Source: Raillietiella orientalis (taxonomy: Eukaryota). From it: 64,000 bases of DNA. The translations under genes and the position numbers were made by a program. Shown one piece after another: positions 47,521-60,480 of the stretch. The stretch is taken from assembly GCA_036172245.1 (NCBI GenBank), contig JAYWIR010000007.1, forward strand, positions 4,340,001 through 4,404,000, read 5' to 3'. Numbering within the stretch: the first letter of the stretch is position 1; each line of letters begins with the position of its first letter. The notes under the pieces were generated by a model. The model made no database searches, was not told the origin of the DNA, and saw only the letters and a list, made by a program, of their open reading frames with translations.

Positions 47521-50500
47521 GCGCGCCAAAGTGCGCGCGCGGACGCGCGCGCGAGCGGCAGAAGGCGGGGGGGGGGGGAAGAAGGGGGGAGGAGGAAGAC
47601 GCTTCCGTGAGAAGCAGCGGACGCGCGCGTCGCGGGGCTCGGCCGGGGAGCGAGGAAGCGGCTGGACGCGGGCCGCCTTTCGGCCGACGCCACGGACGCG
47701 CTTGGTTCGAGGTCGTCCGGTGCCCACCGACGGCCCAACCCCTCCTCCTGACCACCCTTCCTCCTTTCGGGAGCGCCAGGGAGAGGATTCCTCCGTTCCA
47801 ACCTCGAGGGGTCCCTCCAGACACAGGGACGAGCGAGAGTCCCCACCCCCGGACGTCGGCTCTCTCCCTCCAAGATGACGCCATCTCTCGAGAGACGCTG
47901 GAAAGGTTGAGCTCCTTGGACGGTTCCTGGGCGGAAAAGGACTCCTCCCAGGAGTGAGGGAGGGTGGTCCTCCGCGGGCCGGGCAGCCCTTGTTCACCTG
48001 GTCAATGGTGAAGGTGAGGCCTTCCGGGTGGGGAGGGGAAGGGGGAGCTCGCCCTTCTCTCGCCCTCCCTTCCCGTGCGGGTGGACGGAGGGTGCAGCCC
48101 GAAGGGATCGCGTGGAGAAAGAGGACTGGCCGGTGGGGCCCGGGCCAGCGAGACGTCAAGGCTCGAGAAGACCCTGGCGAGGCCATGGCCGACCCGCCGG
48201 CAAGAGGTCACGCGCAAGGGGGGGAGAGGGGGGAGAAACTCGCCGGAAGGTGCATACTACCGACGCCTCCCTCTCGGGGGTGGAGCAACGCCAGCGCGCT
48301 CGGCGGCGCTCGGCCAAAGGTCACACCGAGACGAACGGAGGGGCACTGCGCGGTCGGGAGCTGCGGGAACGCCCTACGAGGGAGTCGCAGAGCGCCCTAG
48401 GCGCCGGCGGTTCTCTCTACGGAGGGCTCCGAGTCCGACAGCCCGTGGGTGTTGCTGCCTGCCGCGGCTTCCCGGGATGCTCCGGGTCCCTGGGCACGAT
48501 CGGAGAGGCTCCTCCGGCAGGGGGAGGAAGGACAAACGGCAGGAACGCCCCCGCACGCAGGGGACAAGCGCCGCCGTCTCTTCCCCTCCTTCGCCCCTAT
48601 CCCTTCAGCACAGGGAGGTCTGCCATCACCACAGGGAGTAGGGAAGGGAAGGGTCATCGTGCGCCCTCCCCAACCCTCCCCTCTCAGCCCACTACTGCCC
48701 TCGAAGAGGTTCCCTGTGACCCCTTAGCGGACGCGGTGACTGCAGGGGGCTCACCGGGAGGTCATCATCTCTCTTGAGGGGGAACCCGGGAGAAGGATCG
48801 GTCCCTCGGGGTGAGAAAGGAGAGGGACGGATGGACCAGGACGAGGGCGCGCAGCATCCTGGAAGATGCGAGGCGGAGGCCTGGCGAGGAGTCCCGGTGG
48901 GACGCGAGGGTGCAGTGGAGGGTGGATCGCTCGCCCATCTGCAGTGGGAACGCTCGAGCGGGGGCCCGAGGGTTGGGTGCCTGGAGGACACTGGGAGCTC
49001 GCCGGGGGGGGAGGAGGTGAGGGGGAGGAGAAGCCCCGGAGCGCGCCGGTGGCGTCGCAAGCGATCCCCATGGTGGTGCGGAAAGAGGTGGGGGAATGCG
49101 CGCGCGTAGGAGTTGCTCGTCCCGAAGGCTGCTTGCCAACTCCTCCTTCCTGCCCTGCGGCGCTTCCCCGATGCCGCCCTCCCTCGCCTCGGGAAAGGGC
49201 CGGCACATCTCAAAACGAGGCGGAGGCCCTGGGCTCTGCTACCCCCTCCCCCCTCCCTCGTGGCTTCAAAGCGAAGTCCCAGGGGGAGATTTACGCGGCA
49301 TCTCCGGAAGTTTCTCGGAAGGGGGGGGGGGCGGAGATGCATAAACAAGGAGACAGAAGGGGGGACGCAGGAACGGGGAAGAGATAAATAAAATGGGGAT
49401 GGGGTCTCGCCGATCAGCGGGGTCGCCTGGCAACGCCGGGCGGCGGCGGTGCTGGCGAGCGGTTCCGCGGCCATAAAACGCACGGCGCGGGGGGGAGAGA
49501 GGGATGCTGCGGAGATCATCCGCGTCGATAAGGAGCGGATTCGATCGCCGATTTTATCTCCGCGCGACCGGGCGCTCCCATTACGGGAGCTCGTTAACGT
49601 GCAATTTGGCGCCATTAGGGAGCGAATGGGCGTAAAAGTAGCGAGAAGGGGGGGGGGGGTAGGAAGAAGTCGGGGATAGGGACCGGGCCGCCCGTCTGAT
49701 TCGCTTCGTCCAGGAGCGCGCGGGCGCAGGCCGGGGACAGGGCGACTCCTGAGAGACGGGGGTGACTGCTGCCGCCCGTGGGGTTCCCTCTGACCCTTCC
49801 GCGTCCGTCCGGGAAATCGCGGGAGAGGCCCGCGGCAGGGACACCCCCGGAAGCGTCTTTTGGGCTCCGAGCGGGGTGATGCCCGCGATCAGGAAGAAAA
49901 GGAGGAGAGGGGTGTCCCTACGCCCCACTGCCGCGGCCGCCGCCGATGGGAGGCGTGCGCGCGCGGCTGCTTGGCTTTGGCCGACGCGGAGGGGTGGCGA
50001 GGGGAGCGATGGGGGCGAAAAAGGGAAAGGCGGGGCTGCGCCCATACCGGGCGAACTGGGAGGGGCGGCGGGCTAGAGCTCTTGTCCCTCCTGCCGCCGC
50101 CGCCCCGCGCGGGGGGAGTCGAGGGAAGGGGAGAGGGGGCGGCTGAGTGGGGAACGCGAGCAGGGTTCGCGGAGACCGCGGTAACCCCTGGCAACGCCCT
50201 GCAGGTGCGCGCGCTTCTCCGACAGTCCCTCCTGGAGGAGGGGGAGGAGCAGGAATCGGGCGGTGGGGGCAGCGGAGAGTCGAGAGGGAGGACGGGGGAA
50301 GGGCAGGGTGGGGGCGGTGACTCGAGACTCCCGCGCCAGAAAGAAAAGCAGGCCCTTGCCTGAAAGGGGGCAAGGTCAGGGCTAGGAGTTGCCCTGGCCT
50401 GGAGTTGAGCGGGCTCTCGTCCCCGCAGTCAGCGCTCCCCGAGCTGCGCAGGGCCCGAAGGGGTTCAGTGGCGGGTCTCCGGGGAGAGAGGCGTCCTTTT

Positions 50501-53500
50501 AACCCACAGTTTCCGTCCAGCGCCCTCAGGGACTGCTCCTTAGGGAAGGGGAGGGGGACAGAGACGCGGGTGAGGGAGGAGCAGTTCCTCCTTCCCTCAA
50601 CCGGTTCCGGCTTCCCGGAAGGAGGGATGGCCCGCGTGGAAGGGCGTTGCCCGGGGGACGCCTGGGGGCAATGGAGTCTCCCCCCACTCAGGAGACGGGG
50701 GGAGGGGGAGGTCTGCGAGCGACAGCTGGGGAGCGGGAAGCCCCCAGGCCTACAGGCGAGACCGGGAAGGGCCGCGTCTGGAGCGAGTGGATCTGTCCCA
50801 CCGGGGGTCAACGCCTTCCTGGAGAGTCGATGGGGACCGCCTCCGCTGCTCCCGAGGAAGCGGAGGGCCGGGGAGAGGAGGGCCCTCTTTGCTTCCTGCT
50901 TCCTCCCCACCTCCCTCCAAGACATCCTCTTCTCCTCGGGTCGGCTCAGGAAGGGCGCGGGGAAGCTCTCCGTCCCGCTCTTTCCTGAAGGGGGCTGGCG
51001 CGAAGCAGGACGCTCCTTCCCGCCGACGCGTGGGCGGCGTCAGGAGGCTCTCGAATCTCCGGGAACAGCAGTCATCCCGACGGAACATATCAATTACGGC
51101 CGCCGTCCCCACCGCGTCCCGGGCGCTGCCCCCCTTCCGCCCTCTTCCCCTTCACGCAGCTGCCTCAGCGCACAATCGGATTCTCCTCTTCCCGGGAGCC
51201 GAAAAGGGAAAGGGGGGAGGCGGGGGGAGGAGAAAGGAAGCTCGTCGTTAGCGCTTCCGGGACGCGCGCGCGCCTCCGCGCTCTGCTCCCGGGACGCAGC
51301 GGCGGCGGGACCGCCCGCCCCTCCTCGGGCAGGTGGACGCGGAGCGCCCGCCCCCGGGATTTGTGCGTGTTCGGGGAATCGTGAAAAGCAGGAGGGGCGG
51401 CCGCACGCGGGGTCCCTTCTTCCCCCCGCCAACCCTCTCCCGGTGGTCCCTTCCCGGACGAGCGGGGGGAGGGGGGAGGGGAGGGAGCCGCGGCTTCCCT
51501 TCCCTGCCCTTCGTCTCCTCTCCACGTGAGCCGCATGAGGGAGGCGCCTTCCGCGCCCCAGGACAGGACGAGAGGGAAAAAAGGGGCGCGGGAGGAAGGA
51601 CATCGCCCGAGAGACCACCCCATTCGATCTCTGGGGCTCGCGCGCCCTCCCAGCGATTCCTGAAGAGGAGGGGCGCGGCAAGGGCGACCCCTGCCGCCCC
51701 TCTGGGGAGCCCTCCTCGCAAGCGGGCAAGAGGTTCACCCGGGGGCAGGGAGTAAGGGCTTGGGGAGCGCAACCCGGTGCTCCCTGCTCCTGATGAGGGC
51801 GCGGACGAGCGACGAGAGAGAGTAGGAAGGATGGAGTGTCCCTGCCGCGAGGGGCCAGCTCGGGGGGCGCGTCTCCTGCGGTTCTCTGGTGCAGGCGAAG
51901 ACGAGGGAGGGGGAGAGGGGACGTTGCGCTCGCCCCTTCCGCCTGCCGGCCGCAGTGCGCGCGCGCCCAGCGGTTCCGCCGACGCCTCTTGCAGGGGGCG
52001 GGCGGGCGGGCGTCATCCCGCTAATGCGCGGCGCTCCCTGAAGGGGGAGCTACGCAACAGGTGGGGGATGACGGATCGCCCCTATTAAGGAGGGCGGCGC
52101 GTCCTCCCGGAGGAAGCTCCAGAAATTGCTTTTTCCCCGGCCCGGGAAGCGGGGGAAGGCGGGAGCATCGTTAGGCTAATGGGCGGCCGGACCGCCGCTA
52201 ATGGGCGGGGGGGACCGCGGGCAGATGCGGCAGGGGCGGTGCCCCCCCTCCTTCCGCCCCCTTCGTCTTCTAGCAGCCGCAGCCGCCGCCACATTCGTGT
52301 GGGCACGCCCGAGGGCGAGACCCAGACCCACGGGAACGCCGCCCCCCTTCGTCCTCCATGGGGCCTCCGTCTCCGTGGCCCCGCTCTCCGGCCTTCCGGG
52401 GGCAGCGGCGGACACCCTCCCTGGCGGAAGACCCGTGAGCAAACGGTGGGGAAGAGCGTGAGGACGGAGGCCTCGCGCGACGTCCCCCGTGGTCCGCGAC
52501 TACGACCTCAGGTGACCCCGCCCCCTTCCCCTCCCACCCGCAGGGTGTGTTCCCAACCTGCCCTTGGCGGGCGGCCCCGCTCCCCGGGGTGACGACCCTT
52601 CGTCCCTCCTTCCCGTCCCAATGCTTCCCCATGCGAGGGACGACTCCCGGCTCCCTACGTGCCCTGGCCCTCTCGAAAAGGGTTGTCCGATGGGGCACCC
52701 CCTTTCTGGCTCTCACCTTTCCCCCCTTTTACTGGGGACGGAACTGTGGAGCCGGGAGGGGGGGAGGGAAATCCCTGGGTCGAAGGGGGGCGTTTTCCGC
52801 CGCAGGGAGCTGCCTCTTCCCTCGTTCCTCCTGCCCTCCGGGTACAGCACCGCAGGGAGTCGAAAGTGGGAAGCGAAGTGGCCCGTTCGATCTCCCTCAG
52901 GATGAGGACGACCCACGCCTGCTCTACGAGTGAAGGAGGAGAGGATTCCCAGGAGATCGCGCGCACGCCACCCCTGTAGGGTGCGTCCTAGAGGGCGAGC
53001 TCGATCCTTCCCAAGGGGTCTCTTCCCAACCCCTGAGTCTTCGGAGGAGGAGCGGCCGGGAGAAGGGAGGATGCTCCCTCCCCGTGGTATCCGAGGACGG
53101 GGTGAGTCCTAGGCAACCGGCAACTGCCCTTGCCCCTCTCGTCAGGAAGGGCTCTACGGGCCGACTCTTCGTTTTCTTTCACAGTGTTTCGATATATTCG
53201 CGATCCGTGTCTTCCCTGGACGGACCGCGTCTCGTTCCCCCCACCCCCACAGCGCGTTGCCCTCCTGCCGGTGGCGTGGTTGGCCGGTGAGCCAGAGAGA
53301 TTAAAGGATGCCCTCTGGGCTGGCGCCGCCCCGCCGCAGGACCGTCTCGAGTCGACGCACCAAGAAGGTGGAGAGAAGGGAGCCCTCCCTCCCTACTCTT
53401 ACCCCCTCTCCCTCCTCAGACTTCACGGAGACCGGACCCATCCAGGATGGACGTCTCCAACAAGAGAGGGGGGATCAGGGGAAAGAGACGGAAAAAGCGG

Positions 53501-55269
53501 CCTAAGGGGAGCGCCTAGGGGAATTCGCCACGCAGACGGCGCCGATGCGCGTTTTTCTGGGTTCACGCTGCATCCCCTCTCGGGCAGCGTCCAGCTCGCG
53601 ACTCGCCCACGGACGGAGGCACACCACTCCAGGCACCTACTGTGGGAGCGCATCACCCTACGGACGAGGTCCGTGGGCAAGTCTGCTTCCCCTTCTTCCC
53701 GTCCTCAGGTCGCGATTGACCTGGAGACCCTACACGAGGATCAGGTCGCTCCCGACGTGGACGCTTCCGTCCGTTAACCCGCGGTCGCGCTCGACGGTGC
53801 GCGGCAGGTCAGCGGGACTTTCTGACGACTCTCCCTACGCTTCCGGGAGGATGATCGGGGGAGGAAATCGATAAAAGAGGAGGGGCCAGAGGGGTCCAAG
53901 CGAGCCTTCCCCTACCCCCCCTTCCTAGAAGGGAAAAAGCGCCGAAATTAAGTGCCTCCCGATTGTGGCGAGCGGTGCCAATCCGCGCCCATCCATCATT
54001 CCGGGATGATAAAAGGGAAGAGCTCCTCGTCCAGGTCGGAAAGGCTGCGATTCCGGAACGTCGAGCGACGGGTCCCGCTAATTCGATTTCACCCTCGGCT
54101 CTTTCTGGTCAGACGCGTTCCCTTCCGGGTGGGGGAGGGGAAGGAAGCGGCGAGAGGAGGGAGTCTGCACGCCCGCGCGTCCGTCACCGCTTCTTTCCGC
54201 GAGACGGCGCGTGGGAGATCCCCGAGGGATCGTGCAGGGGCAGACGGAGAGCCCCCCGGGTGCCGAAGGGCGGCGCAGGTCCTGGCTTCCTGCTGGAGCG
54301 CGCCTTCTGGTTCTGCCGCCCTTAATTCCCCCGCCCTGAACGCACTGCGCGAGCGCGCATCCCACGCATCGAACCTTTCCAAGGGGCAGCTTCCTCCTCC
54401 CGGGGGAAACAGAAGGGATCGTCGGCACCTTCCCCCCCCCCGCCTCCCCTTCTCTCCTACCACGGGATCCGTGGTTCTCCGGCAGGAGCAGAGCTCGGGG
54501 TCGCCGCCCACCTCCTCAGACAAGATTGGGTGGCCTCCGTTGTTCGGCGGGGCGTGGACCGGCACCAGGGTCAATCACATGAAGCGACCGACAGCTGTCT
54601 CTGCGCCCTCCCCCCGTCCCCACTAGCGCCATTTCGGGTGCCACACGACCGTTCCCCTCTCTCTCATCCTCAGCCTCCTGCAGCTCTTCCAGGATTGAGC
54701 GACAGCCCTCCGTTGTTATCCTTACTCCCCCGTCTCCTTGCTTCTATCTGCCCGAGGGGAAGACAGGGTGAGTCGCCCTCTCTGCCCCGCCCGGCCGGAG
54801 AGATGCGCCTGGATGGAGAGGTCTCCGAAGAACTCGAGGTGCCCCTGCAGCCGCGCTGCGCTCTTTTGCTCTGACTGAAACAAAAGAATTTCAGCAGGAA
54901 CGCCGAACGGCAGCACCCACCCTAAGGGCACAGAATGAACCCTCTGTCTTCCTGTTGGAACGCTCTTCCAGGCCAGACGAGGACACTCCAGGTCTGCTGC
55001 CGCTTCGCCGCAGCTCCCGCTTCAGTTGCCCTCTCGCTTCATGACCCGGAACTACTACTCGAGTGATGAGAGGAACTGCTTCTACCCTCTGACGATAGGC
55101 GTCGAAAGCACATACTTTTTTTTCCTTATTCCCGGAAGATGGCAGAAGCCTTCCGTGAACGGATGGAAGGAAACTGCCGATGGCGGGCGCGCGTTTCGTT
55201 TCGGAGCAAGTTGCGACCGCAGGAGTTTACCACTGGCGTCGCCGGCGGCCTTGCCTCTCATGTCTGACC

Positions 55270-55700
55270 TCATTGGCAGACATGCATAAGCGTTTGGCAA
55301 GGCACCTCCTCCCACCTGAACATGGGAAAACGAGGAAGCTGCGAAGGGGAAAAGATCCCCCAGCAACAGTGAACTCTGACCTACACGTTGTGCGAATCTC
55401 TTCAGAGACCTGGAGATTTTCCATGAAGAGAAAGGATGTTCTGAGGGAGCAAAAATGCCGTGGAAAGCTGTGAGGAAAGTCCTGAAGCAGAGAGACATGC
55501 GGTTCCAAGAGCGAAGGTCACCAGACTCGACGCCGCAGACTACGCGAGAGGCAATTCGAACCAGGATCAAACGCACGGAAGCCGGAGAAAAGGGGCGACG
55601 GCTTCGACGAACGACCCAACAATCGATGGGGCATCCACCATAATTGTTGTAAAAAACAGCAAAAATTGGCATACTGAAGACGGGGCAACAATCGCTGGAG
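55270..55700 (+). mobile_element. Probable decayed L1 ORF1 (RRM/C-terminal domain) fragment
   Basis: Frameshifted translation gives, in order: LARHLLP, RKDVL (~55430), AVRKVLKQRDMRFQE (55467-55511), PDSTPQT (~55520-55541), MGHP (55627-55638), IIVVKNSK. This resembles the order LLP...PRDVI...RKAR....F...PDLS.QT...WG.P..LIV..NGK of non-mammalian L1 ORF1. The match is degenerate and judged by eye. Confidence 0.4.
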
Positions 55701-58700
55701 CAATTGCCGGCCAGCATCGCCACCAACAATGGGAAACGAGGGTTTCGCGCGCGCTCGCTGACTTCTTTTCTGTGGCGTCCCCACGGCGAGGAGGCGGGGG
55801 ACTCGCGAGATTCGACCGTCGACCACAGCGCTGCGCGGCTGGCGGGAAAGCCCCCCGTCCTCTCTCCTGCTTCAGCCCCACCCGCGCGACGGGAATTCTC
55901 TCGGGAAGCGGCCACGTGCGTTCCTCCTTCCAGAGGCCTATTTTTAGGACTCACTGCCTCGCCGCGCCGAGGCGACACCTTCAAGAAACCTGAACTTCGG
56001 GGAAGTCTCGAGTAGCGAACACCTGCTCAAAAAAAAAAAAACAGGGACACGCAACCGGGATGCTCCAAGGCACCCTGGCTTCCCCACCCCCCTTCTCGCC
56101 TTCGCACAAGAGAAGGTTCTCTTAGGAGATGGAAACAGGGAAGGGGGCAGAGGACCGCCCCTTCGTCCCCCTCCTTCCTGCTACCTTTTCTCTTCACTTC
56201 GCGCTCCGTGGATTCGGGCTAGCGAGCGAGTTGCCGCAGCTCCCCATCCGACCGTCCGGGAGAGCACTCCATCCCCACCAGCTACAGAGCTTATTCTTCC
56301 CTCCCTGAGGGAAGGGCTCCTGGTCCGCGGGCAATCCGGATACCCCCTCATCCCCCGCACCCTGGCGCAGCGGAATGACGCCATATGGGGGGGGCTGCCC
56401 GAACGCAGTCCCCCGCGTGGGTGGTGCCATCCCCGCGCGCGTCCCGGATCTCGCGAGCTCCCCAAACGGCTGCATGGCCGGGTGCGGGTCGCCCTCGGAC
56501 GACCAAGGGGGGAAAGGGATAGGGGTTCCGCGGCGAATCTCGATGCTCACCTTGGAGACCGGGAGACAGTCGCCTCGGAGACCCGGTCGGTGAGGGAGCA
56601 CTGACGGCGACCTACCTGGCTCCCGTGAGCGTCCGGCCCACCCTCCTGCCAGGAGTCGGCGCTCCTCCTGTCGAGGGGGATAGCCAGTCTCCGGGAGTGG
56701 GTAGGAAGGGTCATTGCCCGGGGACCCCTCCCAAGTCTGGCCCGGAACCTTGAGCGAGGGAAGATGACATCATTCCAGAGAGAAGGGAAGGGCGGCTATT
56801 GCGGGCGGCCCTCGCCCCTCGAGCACACGTTCGAGGGAATGGGAAACGGCCAGAGAGGTCTCCTCGAAGAGCTTCCACGGGAGGGAGTCCAAAGGCTGCG
56901 GTTTCGGCGCTCTCCAAGCGGCTTTCTGGGGACCCCCTCCATCTCTCACCCACTCCTCCCGCGCGTCTATGCCTCTCCCGGCCGTGTGCCCTCCGTCGAG
57001 AACTCACCACAGAGATTTGCCCCCTACCCTTCAGCAAGAAGGGGCGAGAGCGCTCGAGGAAGAGGCAGAAAGGACTCTGTAAGGAGCAGCGGTAGCCCTC
57101 CCCCCCTCCCTCTCGAGTCTCCCGGAGCTAGTCTCTGGAGGGCAGTGACCTGCAGTTGTAGTCCCCCGTAGGCTCCAGCCACGCTAAGGTGGACATGAAG
57201 GAGCGTATACATGACGGTGGGTAGTGCGGACAACCCGCGTCTCGACTCTCCGGATAGGAGCTGGGCGCGCCAGGAAGACAAACGCGGGCGTCACCTGCCC
57301 GCGAAAGTGATCGATGGCGATCTGCTCTCCCGCGCACGGCGGAGGGCCGGTCGCCGCTACGACGAGGTCACCGCTCGCGCACGCGGACAGGCAGCGAGGA
57401 AGCGCGGAGAGGCAGTGTCCTGCGTGTCCTCCTCCCTCTCTCGCCGGACACAGGATCGATTCTTCGGGAGGAAGGAGAAAGGGACGAGGAAAGGAGGAAG
57501 AGGAAGGGACGAGGAGGAGAAGGTGGAGAAGGCGGGCTCATGTTTTTGGCCACTAAACGCCATACCAAGAAGGGGTTCAGAATATCTCTACCGTGGGGAG
57601 ATCCCCCCTAGCCTGCCCTCTGGAGACGATCGCTATGCGCCGCCCGTCGTCCCTCTCGGATTCCTGGGAGGGTGGCGCTTGCGGCAGGTGGTGGGAAAGG
57701 GAATTTCTTCCTGGAAATTCGCTCATCGTGGCGTCCAGGGGATTGGTCGTGGATCGTAGCGGGTCTCCCGCTGGGCAACGCGGCTATTCTTCGAGAGAGG
57801 AAGTCTCTCTCCTGGATGGGCGTCTCCCCTCCTTATCCTTATATGGCGGTCACGGCGGTGCGGATATCCCCATGGCACAGCAGGGCCCTGGCCCCGAAAG
57901 GGGGAAAACTTCTTCCGAGGAGGATCTCCGGCAGGCAAGTGGGAAGGCGCCAACGAGCGGAAGGACGCCAGTCACGAACGCCCGAGGCACCACCGCCGAC
58001 CACGCCGCCGCCTGAATGGTGGCGGACTCTTCCGGTGGTGCCTGGAATTTCTCTCCCAAAGGCGGCGAGCAAAGGGGCCTCCAAGGCACGCAGGCCTCTC
58101 TGGAAGTCCCTGCGCCTCCATGGATTCCCCTAGGGGAATCAAGCAGGGTTCCGGCCTCCGATCGCTTACACCCGCGACCTTCCCGAGGAAGGTGGAGAAG
58201 ACGGGGGCTGCCCACTAGGGAGCTCTCCACTCGCCCTCCGGAGCGACACCGGTGGGACGAGGCGCTCCGCATGAGGACGGACAGCCGCCCTCCGTGCCTC
58301 TCCACAGCAGCCGTCCATCACCGAAGAGCGGCGGCAGCCGTTCGGATGCAGCGCGTCGTGGGGCAACGGGATGATTGACGGGCGGTTTCGCGGAAGCATT
58401 TTCTCCTTGGGAACCGAAGCTCAGCGTAGGGGAGACGCGGCGGGTGGCACTCGCCGGGTAGGCGGACGCTGTTTGCGTTTCCAAGGGGACGCTTTCGGGG
58501 CGGATCGACGGTCCCGTGGACCGACGACGCGTCGGCTGCCGCCACGCTCCCCTCTTCCTCCCCTCCCCCCTTTCCACCCTGTCCTTCGTTCATTCGAAAG
58601 GAAGCTTCGGTCCCAGGAAACGCCCCGCCCCCCCTTCCTTTCCGGGGCCGCATCGCACGGAGTTGCGCGTGGCTTCACGGTGAGCCGGTCCGGCTCTCCG

Positions 58701-60039
58701 TGCTCTTCCTCGTCACTGTCAAAGTCGACGCGAGGAGCCTCTCGCGGCAGGTCTGCTGAGCTTCGATTCAGGCCGAGACGCTCCGAGCCTTTCGCGTCCG
58801 AGGGCCGCGCGTCCCTAGGGGGGGCCTACTCGACGAGAGCCTATCCCTGAGAGAGGAGCGCTCTCCTTCTTTCCCTCTCCCCCCCGTTCCTTTTTTCCCC
58901 ATCTTCTCCATTCACCCTGCGGGACGCGCCAGAAGGACCGCCTCCGTTTCCTTGCCCGGTGCTTCACTGGTGCCTCACTTCCTGGAAACAAAGGTGGTAG
59001 TCGCGGATGGTCGGAAGCTCGCGGTCCAAGCCCAGCATCCTCCGCGAGAAGCGATCGTCTCCGACCGGGTCGACTGGCTCGCACGCCGCTAGGCCGTGTG
59101 GCCCACGGGGCTCACCCGCCGGTCTGCTCGCTGCTGTCCTCAGGAACTCCAGCCTCGGAGAGGCAGCCTTCGGGGAGCGGCGCCTGCCCTTTTTTCCCCG
59201 GAAGAAGGACAGGTGGAGTTGCACTTTCCACATCGGCGCTGGCCTTGCCGAAGGGCAAGTTCGCTGCCTGCACGCCGGGCGCGCTCGCCCCTGGCTTCGG
59301 AAGGCGGACCGGCCCTCTTAGCGCCGGTGATTCCAGTGCCCTCCGTCTCTTCCCTGCAGTGGGTGAGTCTCCGGACTCCAGCGCCCTCCGGCCAGCGGTA
59401 GGTCGGAAGGAACTCCGCGGTCCAGAGAGGACGCTGCCGGACCACTGGCGAGGTCGCGCTCCGGGAGGAGCACCTCTCCCCCTCGTAATGTCCTGGGAGA
59501 GGGCCAGCTCCCTTCGGGCGGCGGAAGGCGGGGTGTGGGCCGACCAGCCGCGGGCGGCAGCAGATCCTCCCGGTGGCGAGAACGCGAACTGGGGAGAGGG
59601 GGGAGGAGCGAGAAGTGACCTTGGGGTCCGCCCCGTTCCGAAGGGTGCTCCCCCTCGGGGAGTGAATGGGGCCCACGGTGGAGCTACCGCCCACGTCCGC
59701 TGCCTTTACCGGACGCGGACTCAACCTGAAGGAACTGCAGGTCTGGAAACGCGATGGCGGGGAGGTGGGTGGGACCTCCGCCCTTCCCCCCCCACACCAG
59801 GGTAGGGGGGAAGGGTTGTGGAAGGGCGTTCCTCCCCGCCGCCCCTCCCGCTCGGCACCAGAGCGAAGCCGCGACCTCCTCCAGGTCTCCCCCCGTCCTC
59901 CGGGTTCTCCGAGGGCGAGACGCCCTGACCACAGAGCACGTCCACGCATCCCCCTGGCCTCGAAAACGCGGAGCCGCGGGACGGAGAGGGCCGGGGGCGC
60001 GCGCACGCGGCAGAGACGCCGCCCTTCCGGCCCGAGTGT

Positions 60040-60480
60040 TCGCTAGCAGGTTTCCTATCAAGCAAACGCACAAAACATTCTCCTCCCTCAATCATACTCC
60101 TAAAGACTAACGCCTGCAGACCGTGAAAATCACTCACTCCGCCACTGCTTCATCTGTCCATTCCAGACATGACTCTTTTGCGAAACTCGGGATCCTTGGC
60201 TTTCGATTGTGCTTTTATTCCTGTTCAGACGCAAATAGTTACTATGGTGTCAATGCATCTGCTACAAAAGCTTCAGAAATAAATATATTTAATCCTAACT
60301 TAAATAAACGTGCTTACGTATTAATCGCAATATATGCTATGTCAAAAAAAAAAATAGAATCTGCTATGAATCGATATGATTTTTCATTTTGAAGTACATT
60401 ACAGAAGCGAAACATATCTACTCAGCCTATGACTCTCAAGGGCGTGACCTTGTACTTTCTTTCAACGGCTTGCATCACGA
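60040..60480. other. Isolated AT-rich island (CNE or transcript 3' end)
   Basis: 60241-60420 is ~28% GC by hand count, versus ~77% at 59941-60000. It has AATAAA at 60278 and 60303 and an A11 run at 60344-60354. Confidence 0.5.

Noticed and set aside
55063..55092. C/D-box-like GTGATGA...CTGA
   Set aside because: The boxes span only 30 nt, too short for a snoRNA.
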